This document shows, one piece after another, positions 17,083 to 22,847 of a stretch of DNA of 27,018 bases. The stretch's first letter is position 1. The number at the start of each line of letters is the position of its first letter. Source of the stretch: an uncultured Verrucomicrobiota bacterium (GTDB lineage: Bacteria; Verrucomicrobiota; Verrucomicrobiia; Limisphaerales; UBA11358); NCBI GenBank assembly GCA_964249225.1, contig CAXUBD010000001.1:12026-39043 (forward strand), in the 5' to 3' direction. The notes under the pieces were generated by a model that was not told the DNA's origin, did not search any database, and saw only the letters and a list, made by a program, of their open reading frames with translations. A program made the translations under genes and the position numbers.

Positions 17083-17159
17083 TGGAGCGAGCGAAGGGAT
17101 TCGAACCCTCGACACTCACGTTGGCAACGTGATGCTCTACCAGGCTGAGCTACGCTCGC
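17083..17159 (-). tRNA. tRNA-Gly(GCC)
   Basis: GCGAGCG/CGCTCGC acceptor, anticodon arm TCACG-TTGCCAA-CGTGA, GGTTCGAATCC T arm, CCA end. Confidence 0.97.
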
Positions 17160-17176
17160 TTCCAAAAAGCTTGGGG

Positions 17177-17204
17177 AGCTTAAGGAAAAATTTGGAAATG
17201 GCAA
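17177..17204 (-). promoter_or_regulatory. Putative sigma70 promoter for tRNA-Gly
   Basis: Minus strand: TTGCCA, 16-nt spacer, TAAGCT. Confidence 0.5.
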
Positions 17205-17212
17205 GTCTGATT

Positions 17213-17632
17213 TCAGGCTGGCTTAATCGCGGCGCCCAGCGTCGCGCGGATCACTTTCAGCAAATCGTCGTGGTCGATCGGCTTGTGAAAAAACGCCACC
17301 GCACCGCCCGCCACCGCGCGCTGCTTGCTTTTGGTATCTTCCGAGCCGGTGATGATGATGACGGGAATTTTTTTGATCATTTCCAAACGGTGAAACCATT
17401 CCATGATGCGGAAACCATCCCATTCCACTCCGCCGACGTCCGGCGGAAACGTGATGTCCAGCAGGATCAAATCCGGGCTCTCCTTGCGGGCGGCGGCGAC
17501 CCCCTCCGAACCATCCAAAGCCGTGATGACTTTGTAACCGGCACCCTGTAATTTCAGGGAAATGGTTTTCAGGATGATCTCATTGTCATCCACCACCAGG
17601 ATTTTTTTTACGGCAACCGGTTCAGTGTTCAT
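17213..17632 (-). CDS. Single-domain response regulator (REC)
   Basis: ILVVDD, LILLD (phosphoacceptor), IITG and FHKP all conserved; no output domain. Confidence 0.93.
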   Translation of the reverse strand: MNTEPVAVKKILVVDDNEIILKTISLKLQGAGYKVITALDGSEGVAAARKESPDLILLDITFPPDVGGVEWDGFRIMEWFHRLEMIKKIPVIIITGSEDTKSKQRAVAGGAVAFFHKPIDHDDLLKVIRATLGAAIKPA

Positions 17633-17754
17633 ATCAAATTACAATTGACCTAGGTTTGTTTTCCTCTGACAACCGAATGAATGCCACTTTAACAAAAACG
17701 GCCCGGCGAGGCAACGCACAATTTCTGCGGCTTTGACTTTGGCTCCCGCCATTG

Positions 17755-17763
17755 TGCTAGAAT
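17755..17763 (+). promoter_or_regulatory. Extended -10 promoter element (TGcTAGAAT)
   Basis: TGnTAGAAT ends 6 nt before the GTG at 17770. Confidence 0.55.
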
Positions 17764-17769
17764 GGCCGC

Positions 17770-18501
17770 GTGAGCAACGCCTTTTACCTCCCCGGCGAAC
17801 AGCGCGCCGCCAAGGTCAACGACCTTTTCGCCCGCATCGCGCGTCGTTATGATTTGATCAACGACCTGCAAAGCTTCGGCCTCCATCGGCTCTGGAAACG
17901 CCGCGTCGTCAATCTTGCAAAAATCAAAAGCGGCGACCGCGCGCTCGATCTGTGCTGCGGCACCGGCGACATTTCTTTTTCGCTTGCCAGAGATGGCGTG
18001 GAAACGATCGGTTTGGATTTTAGTCCGCAAATGTTGGAAGTGGCGGAATCGCGAAGACAGAAGGAAAATCGCAAATCGCAAATCGCAAATCTAAAATTTC
18101 TTCAAGGCGACGCGCAGCAGCTTCCGTTTCCAGAAAATTTCTTCGACATCGTCACTGTCGGCTACGGCCTGCGGAATCTGACGAGCTGGGAACGCGGCTT
18201 GGACGAAATGTTCCGCGTGGCCAAGCCTGGCGCGCGATTGATTGTTCTGGATTTTGGCAAGCCAGCGAACGCCTTCTGGCGCGCGCTTTATTTTGCGCAC
18301 CTGAAATGTTCCGTGCCGCTCATCGGACTTTTATTTTGCGGCAATGCGCAAGCCTACGCCTACATTTTGGAATCGCTGAAAAATTATCCGGCGCAACTGG
18401 CTGTGGCAGAAAAAATGCGCGGCCTGAAACTCGCGAACGTGCGCGTCATCAACCTGCTCGGCGGCGCGATGGCGATCAATTACGGGGAAAAGCCGGTTTG
18501 A
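17770..18501 (+). CDS. ubiE: UbiE/MenG-family quinone C-methyltransferase
   Basis: KVNDLFARIARRYDLINDLQSFGLHRLWK, ALDLCCGTGD, GDAQQLPF, GYGLRN, RVAKPGARL. Confidence 0.9.
   Translation: MSNAFYLPGEQRAAKVNDLFARIARRYDLINDLQSFGLHRLWKRRVVNLAKIKSGDRALDLCCGTGDISFSLARDGVETIGLDFSPQMLEVAESRRQKENRKSQIANLKFLQGDAQQLPFPENFFDIVTVGYGLRNLTSWERGLDEMFRVAKPGARLIVLDFGKPANAFWRALYFAHLKCSVPLIGLLFCGNAQAYAYILESLKNYPAQLAVAEKMRGLKLANVRVINLLGGAMAINYGEKPV
18064..18097 (+). repeat. 7-bp tandem repeat (GCAAATC x3 plus degenerate flanks) inside ubiE
   Basis: GAAAATC GCAAATC GCAAATC GCAAATC TAAAATT, translated in frame within KENRKSQIANLKF. Confidence 0.85.
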
Positions 18502-18508
18502 TTCAATA

Positions 18509-18553
18509 AAGAAAGCAGGAATTCAGGAACGAATCCAATTCCTGTTTTCCTTA
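18509..18553. terminator. 8-bp periodic hairpin between convergent ubiE and MBL genes; possible bidirectional terminator
   Basis: AAGAAAGCAGGAATTCAGGAA pairs imperfectly with TTCCTGTTTTCCTTA. Confidence 0.5.
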
Positions 18554-19432
18554 TTTGAATTTTGGCGTGGAACTTTTTGCGCCCAACTGAATCGTCATTC
18601 CCTCGCGCGCGGCGTCCACTTTTAATTTTCCCTTTTGCCGGGTCACAATCTGGCGCGCGTATTTCAGGAAGGCATCAATTTTTTTGTCGTTGTGCGCGGA
18701 GTCGTGGTGGAAGAGGCAGAGTTTTTTCACGCCGGCGGTCAGTGCGAGCGCCACGGAATCGTCCACGCAGCCGTGCCCCCAGCCGATGTGTTTTTTATAT
18801 TCCGCGCGGTCGTATTGCGAATCAAGGATGAGCACGTCGGCGTCGCGGACGAATTCGATCATGTCCCGGTCGTCGCCGCCGAGGCGCGGTTCGGTGTCGG
18901 GAAAATAAGCGACCAGTCCGTCGGGCGAAAAGAGCCGGTAGCCGACGCACACGCCGGGATGGTTCGCGCGTTGCGCGCGCACGAGCACGGGGCCGATGTC
19001 GAAACTGAAATCTTTCAGTTCTTCGATTTCAATGTTGCTGGGCAGCTTGGCGAAGGGCACGGGAAAATAAGTGCTTTCCATCTGGCCGGTGAGCGCTTGG
19101 AGCAGACTTTCGCGCGAACCCTGGCAGCCGAGAATCCGCAGGCGGCAGCGGGGATTGTATATCGGCGCGAAAAACGGCAGGCCCTGGATGTGATCCCAAT
19201 GCGTGTGCGTGATGAGCAGCGTGAGGTTCAACGGCTTGTTCTTGAATTCCGCCACCAACGCCAGTCCGAGCGGACGCAAACCGGTGCCGGCATCGAGAAT
19301 GATGATTTCGTCGCCGCACCGGACTTCGACGCAGGAGGTGTTGCCACCATAACGTATGGTGCCCGGACCCGGCGTGGGGACCGAGCCGCGCACTCCCCAA
19401 AATTTTATGCTCGTGACGCTTTTGATGGGCAT
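18551..19432 (-). CDS. MBL-fold metallo-hydrolase (RNase Z/phosphodiesterase-like)
   Basis: FWGVRGS, YGGNTSC, DAGTG, THTHWDHIQG, NHPG, DSQY, GWGH, LFHHD. Confidence 0.9.
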   Translation of the reverse strand: MPIKSVTSIKFWGVRGSVPTPGPGTIRYGGNTSCVEVRCGDEIIILDAGTGLRPLGLALVAEFKNKPLNLTLLITHTHWDHIQGLPFFAPIYNPRCRLRILGCQGSRESLLQALTGQMESTYFPVPFAKLPSNIEIEELKDFSFDIGPVLVRAQRANHPGVCVGYRLFSPDGLVAYFPDTEPRLGGDDRDMIEFVRDADVLILDSQYDRAEYKKHIGWGHGCVDDSVALALTAGVKKLCLFHHDSAHNDKKIDAFLKYARQIVTRQKGKLKVDAAREGMTIQLGAKSSTPKFK

Positions 19433-19493
19433 AGCCTAACGCATCGCGGAAAAAAATAAAATTAAAACAACATCGCCGGACGCTTGAAAAATC

Positions 19494-19521
19494 TTGCGCA
19501 TTGGCGCGGCTGTTTTAGAAT
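19494..19521 (+). promoter_or_regulatory. Putative sigma70 promoter of the tRNA-Lys locus
   Basis: TTGCGC (19494-19499), 16-nt spacer, TAGAAT (19516-19521). Confidence 0.6.
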
Positions 19522-19535
19522 GATCATCTTTGAGT

Positions 19536-19573
19536 GGGTTGGTAGCTCAGTCGGTAGAGCAGTGCCCTTTTAA
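19536..19573 (+). pseudogene. 5' half of tRNA-Lys(UUU), positions 1-38 only
   Basis: GGGTTGG-TA-GCTCAGTCGGTAGAGC-A-GTGCC-CTTTTAA, then TTCAAAAAGG, which cannot pair with GTGCC. No T arm or 3' acceptor found downstream in the window. Confidence 0.88.
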
Positions 19574-19712
19574 TTCAAAAAGGCCGATTTTAGCCATTTT
19601 TATCAGTTTTTAATTCTCCCTTGCCATCATTACAGAAGCCTTGATTTCATTGACTGCTCTCGTTGTTTCGATGTCATCTCTTGTCTTCTCATAAAATCCA
19701 AAAAAATTCTTT

Positions 19713-19845
19713 CGGGTTACAAGTCGGGTGCAAGTTTTTTTGGTGCCTTTAAGGCACTTTCTGCACCCAAATTTGAAGGCGACTTGCACCCGGAGATCAG
19801 TTCGACCCCGGTAATTGCTGATTAAAAAGCGGGTGCAAGTTTTTT
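19713..19845. repeat. Cluster of CGGGTGCAAGT direct and inverted repeats
   Basis: CGGGTTACAAGT 19713-19724, CGGGTGCAAGTTTTTT 19725-19740 and 19830-19845, inverted ACTTGCACCCG 19782-19792, partial CTGCACCC 19761-19768. Confidence 0.85.
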
Positions 19846-20405
19846 CAAATTCTAACGCCGCGACTTTGATTTTGGGTCTGCGTCGGTCTTTTAGAAATAG
19901 CGCGATCCAGTTTGATTTCAAAAGACTCGGCCACGATGCTCATGTCTTGGCGGGGATATTTTTCCGCAAGATGGTCGCGCACTCGTTCGGTCACGTCGTC
20001 TTTCCAAAACTTGAAAGTCTGTCGCTGGTCGCGCGTGAACGCTTGCAAAACTTCCCGCACGTCGTGGCCGCTGTTCACGACATCTTTCTTCGCGCCTGAA
20101 TTCAATGGAAGTGTTTCCACAACGGCAAATTCCAAGCCTGTGACCGTGCGCCGATGGCAGAGGGAAGCATTTTCCATTAAATCAACGTCGTGCTGCCATT
20201 GTGCGCCGTCGTTGGTTTGAATGATGCGGACTGACGATTGCAGGGCGGCTTTGAAAGCCTCGTTTGCCGTCGTTGTCAGATTGCGCTCAAGATTATGAAG
20301 GTTCTCACAGTCGGACTTGAATTGTTTCATGTGTTCCGCAAAAACGGTCATGGCCTCGGCGTTGGCCGTTTCGTGAAGCTGGGTTGGTCTTTCGTAGTAG
20401 TTCAT
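19845..20405 (-). CDS. Hypothetical element protein (186 aa) with basic C-terminal tail
   Basis: Natural-looking helical composition, ATG start, last gene of the XRE-xis-orf run. Ends KRPTQTQNQSRGVRI. Confidence 0.65.
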   Translation of the reverse strand: MNYYERPTQLHETANAEAMTVFAEHMKQFKSDCENLHNLERNLTTTANEAFKAALQSSVRIIQTNDGAQWQHDVDLMENASLCHRRTVTGLEFAVVETLPLNSGAKKDVVNSGHDVREVLQAFTRDQRQTFKFWKDDVTERVRDHLAEKYPRQDMSIVAESFEIKLDRAISKRPTQTQNQSRGVRI

Positions 20406-20413
20406 AAATCACC

Positions 20414-20632
20414 TCAATTAGTTTCCAGAAGTTTTAACAGTTCGGTTTTTGGCACGAGCAATTTGCCCCGGAGCGCGCGGCACGTTTTGAGTTTGCCGCG
20501 CTGAATCAGCCGGTAGATGCTGAAATAATGCACGCCCAGCATATCGGCGGCTTCCTGCACGGAATACGCGAGCCGCTCGGCGGGGGGTGCGATGGTTGTT
20601 TGTTGTTCTTCATTTGTTGGTGTGGTTTCCAT
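20414..20632 (-). CDS. Excisionase-like HTH DNA-binding protein (copy 1)
   Basis: ERLAYSVQEAADMLGVHYFSIYRLIQRGKL...LLVP, a MerR-type/xis winged-HTH pattern. Confidence 0.85.
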   Translation of the reverse strand: METTPTNEEQQTTIAPPAERLAYSVQEAADMLGVHYFSIYRLIQRGKLKTCRALRGKLLVPKTELLKLLETN

Positions 20633-20642
20633 GTGTCCTCCA

Positions 20643-20984
20643 TTAAAAATATTTTTTGGTCAGCAAGGCGGGATCAAATGAATCCGGTTTTAACACGAGG
20701 CCAAGTTTTTCATTGTGGATATGTTTGAGAATCATTTCCTCCACTGATTTGCTGGCATCGAATTTTGGATACAAAGCGTCTTTGGGAACGTCCAGCACGC
20801 TGGCCAGCCAGCACACTTGGTAGTCATAAACGTGAACCAACCGGCTTTCGATTTTGGAAACGCCGCTGCGAGAAATCATCCAGCCCCTCCGCTGCAACGC
20901 ATCGGCCAGATCGCCCTGCGTCCAGCGATTCTCGTCGCGGAACTTGCCGACCTGTCTGCCGACCAGATTGTTCGACACATTCAT
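20643..20984 (-). CDS. XRE-family HTH transcriptional regulator (copy 1)
   Basis: VGRQVGKFR...WTQGDLA...ISRSGVSKIE...LASVLDV. Confidence 0.85.
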   Translation of the reverse strand: MNVSNNLVGRQVGKFRDENRWTQGDLADALQRRGWMISRSGVSKIESRLVHVYDYQVCWLASVLDVPKDALYPKFDASKSVEEMILKHIHNEKLGLVLKPDSFDPALLTKKYF

Positions 20985-21140
20985 TTTCAACCGGCTCAAT
21001 TTCTCATTTGCGCGCCGAAATTTTGGCCTGAATTCAGGACAAAATGACGTTCCGGCTCATTTTTCCACGCACCGCCATTTTCATTGTTACCGTTCAGAAC
21101 AAAATTTTGCCGACGGTTTTACCACAATTCGTTTCACTAG

Positions 21141-21162
21141 GTTGTGATGAAATCATCACGGC
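21141..21162. promoter_or_regulatory. Palindromic operator-like site 1 (GTTGTGATG-AAAT-CATCACGGC)
   Basis: Perfect 6-bp inner arms; near-direct repeat of site 2. Confidence 0.65.
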
Positions 21163-21209
21163 TTTTCAGTCCGGCCTTTTGGCAATTTTGCCTCAATCCG
21201 TCTGTGATG

Positions 21210-21231
21210 GTTGTAATGAAATCATTACAAC
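21210..21231. promoter_or_regulatory. Palindromic operator-like site 2 (GTTGTAATG-AAAT-CATTACAAC)
   Basis: Perfect 9-bp inverted arms between divergent XRE genes. Confidence 0.7.
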
Positions 21232-21550
21232 TTTTATGATTGAAAAACCGGCCTCCCAAGACATGGCACGGCCATGTTTTTGGGAAGTGGGGGTCATCAA
21301 ACTGACAGCAAACCGGCGTCAGTTCTCGCCAATAAGCCTCAAGAGAGGTAGAAAACAGGCAAAATTGCCTGACCCATTATGGGATGAAGGGCATTATCGC
21401 ATCGGCTTTCGCCGACCTAGCCAAGATATAAATAATTCGGAGAATCAGGCGCTTTCGTCCTGCCTCAAGAAAACCAATAGCACAGCCGAATCAAAACGCA
21501 AGCCCGACAAAATAAAAATCGGCCGTTCAGATTTTGCGCCTTAAATTGAT

Positions 21551-21814
21551 ATGGATCACAATGCAAATGTCATTGGCCGAAACGTGGGCAAATTTCGGTA
21601 TCAAAACGGTTGGACTCAAGAGGAACTTGCTGCAAAAATGCAATTGTTGGGTTGTCACATAACCCGTCAGATTATTGCCAACATTGAAACTCGTCGTTCT
21701 TCTGTAGGCGACAAACGAATCGAGTATTTCGCAGAGGTCTTCGGTTTGGAAGTGGGCGATTTATTTCCGAAAAAACGACACTTCAGCGGGCGTATGGTGG
21801 GATTGGAAGCGTAA
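21551..21814 (+). CDS. XRE-family HTH transcriptional regulator (copy 2)
   Basis: IGRNVGKFR...WTQEELA...ITRQIIANIE...FAEVFGL; ungapped paralog of copy 1. Confidence 0.85.
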   Translation: MDHNANVIGRNVGKFRYQNGWTQEELAAKMQLLGCHITRQIIANIETRRSSVGDKRIEYFAEVFGLEVGDLFPKKRHFSGRMVGLEA

Positions 21815-21859
21815 AAAAGGCAGCATCAAAAGTTTGATGCTGCCATGCGTAACTAATTT

Positions 21860-22069
21860 TTATTCGGCGGTGTTTAGAAGTTTGACCAACTCGGAGCGTG
21901 GCACTAGCAATTTTCCTCGCAGCACCCGGCACGCCTTGAGTTTGCCTCGTTGAATCAACCGATAGGCGGTATAATAATTTATCCCAAGCATATCGGCTGA
22001 TTCTTGAATCGAATAAGCCAATCGTTCTGTTGTTGTCGTGGATGTTTCTGTTTTTTGTCCGTTTTCCAT
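21860..22069 (-). CDS. Excisionase-like HTH DNA-binding protein (copy 2)
   Basis: 39/51 identical to copy 1 over the ERLAY...KLL core (manual count). Confidence 0.85.
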   Translation of the reverse strand: MENGQKTETSTTTTERLAYSIQESADMLGINYYTAYRLIQRGKLKACRVLRGKLLVPRSELVKLLNTAE

Positions 22070-22090
22070 ATTTCCGTTGTGTTTGAGTGA

Positions 22091-22109
22091 TTGAACGGAT
22101 GTCGTTCAA
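22091..22109. promoter_or_regulatory. Palindrome TTGAACG-N5-CGTTCAA upstream of xis copy 2
   Basis: Perfect 7-bp inverted repeat 21 nt upstream of the ATG at 22069. Confidence 0.5.
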
Positions 22110-22336
22110 ATTCGTAATCGGCCTGGCGTCGCGCCCAGCCTTTTTATTGCGAATGAAAACAGAATTTCGCGGATTAAAATGTTACCCAAGCAGAATGAGC
22201 AAAAAGACGGTCGAAATCCTTTTGATCAGATTCAATTTTATGCCGTGAATTTTTGCCAAAGACTTTGTTTTGACTGTTCAAAACAGTGATTGCGCCAAAT
22301 TCAAATGGGCATAAATTATCTCCGTTAGGTGAAGCT

Positions 22337-22504
22337 ATGACAATCATCAAGCAAGACATAAAAACGCAGGACATGAAACGCGAAGTCCGGGACATCCGGG
22401 AAACCGCGCGTAAAATTTCTGCCTCCAAAGAATCCGCCCGCCGCTTCTTGGTGTCCACCGGCATATATTCAGCCAACGGCCAACTCAAGCCGCAATTCCG
22501 CTGA
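22337..22504 (+). CDS. Small hypothetical protein (55 aa)
   Basis: AGGTGA SD-like sequence before the ATG; MTIIKQDIK...RRFLVSTGIYSANGQLKPQFR. Confidence 0.55.
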   Translation: MTIIKQDIKTQDMKREVRDIRETARKISASKESARRFLVSTGIYSANGQLKPQFR

Positions 22505-22513
22505 TGGTTTGGT

Positions 22514-22687
22514 TCATGCGGACTTTCGACGCCGCACAACGGCACGACTTGATTTTTGCGGCGTAACCGATTCACTCGATTTCTGACCGAAAGATTTGAT
22601 GCGTTGCATAACATCCGCGAGTAGCGACTGGTAGCCCTGCTCCTCTGCCGGTGTCCATTTTCGTGCGGGTTTTGTCTTCTTCCTCAT
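22514..22687 (-). CDS. Small basic hypothetical protein (57 aa)
   Basis: MRKKTKPARKWTPAEEQGYQSLLADVMQRIKSF...RRRKSA; convergent with the previous ORF. Confidence 0.35.
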   Translation of the reverse strand: MRKKTKPARKWTPAEEQGYQSLLADVMQRIKSFGQKSSESVTPQKSSRAVVRRRKSA

Positions 22688-22847
22688 AGACGACATGATT
22701 GTGACAGAAGACACTGGATGGCGCTCTAAAAATGTTAATCACCACCGCTCTTAAACAACCGTGCAGATTCCAAGCGTGCCTTCCTAAGTTGGACGCGTGA
22801 TAATGCAATAGTCGCAAAACGGTATCAAAACAGGCATGATATTTTTG

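Noticed and set aside
19574-19800. tRNA-Lys completed by an intron-like insert, pairing GTGCC with GGCAC at 19753
   Set aside because: No T arm (GGTTCRA) or CC[AG]ACCC-NCCA acceptor follows, and no group I core is evident.
21044-21544. 166-aa + strand ORF
   Set aside because: Overlaps operator palindromes and a hairpin in a divergent promoter region; no recognisable domain. Low-level coding cannot be fully excluded.
22091-22109. Palindrome as a LexA/SOS box
   Set aside because: GAAC-N7-GTTC matches neither the Firmicutes GAAC-N4-GTTC nor the Verrucomicrobia TGTTC-N4-GAACA spacing and orientation.
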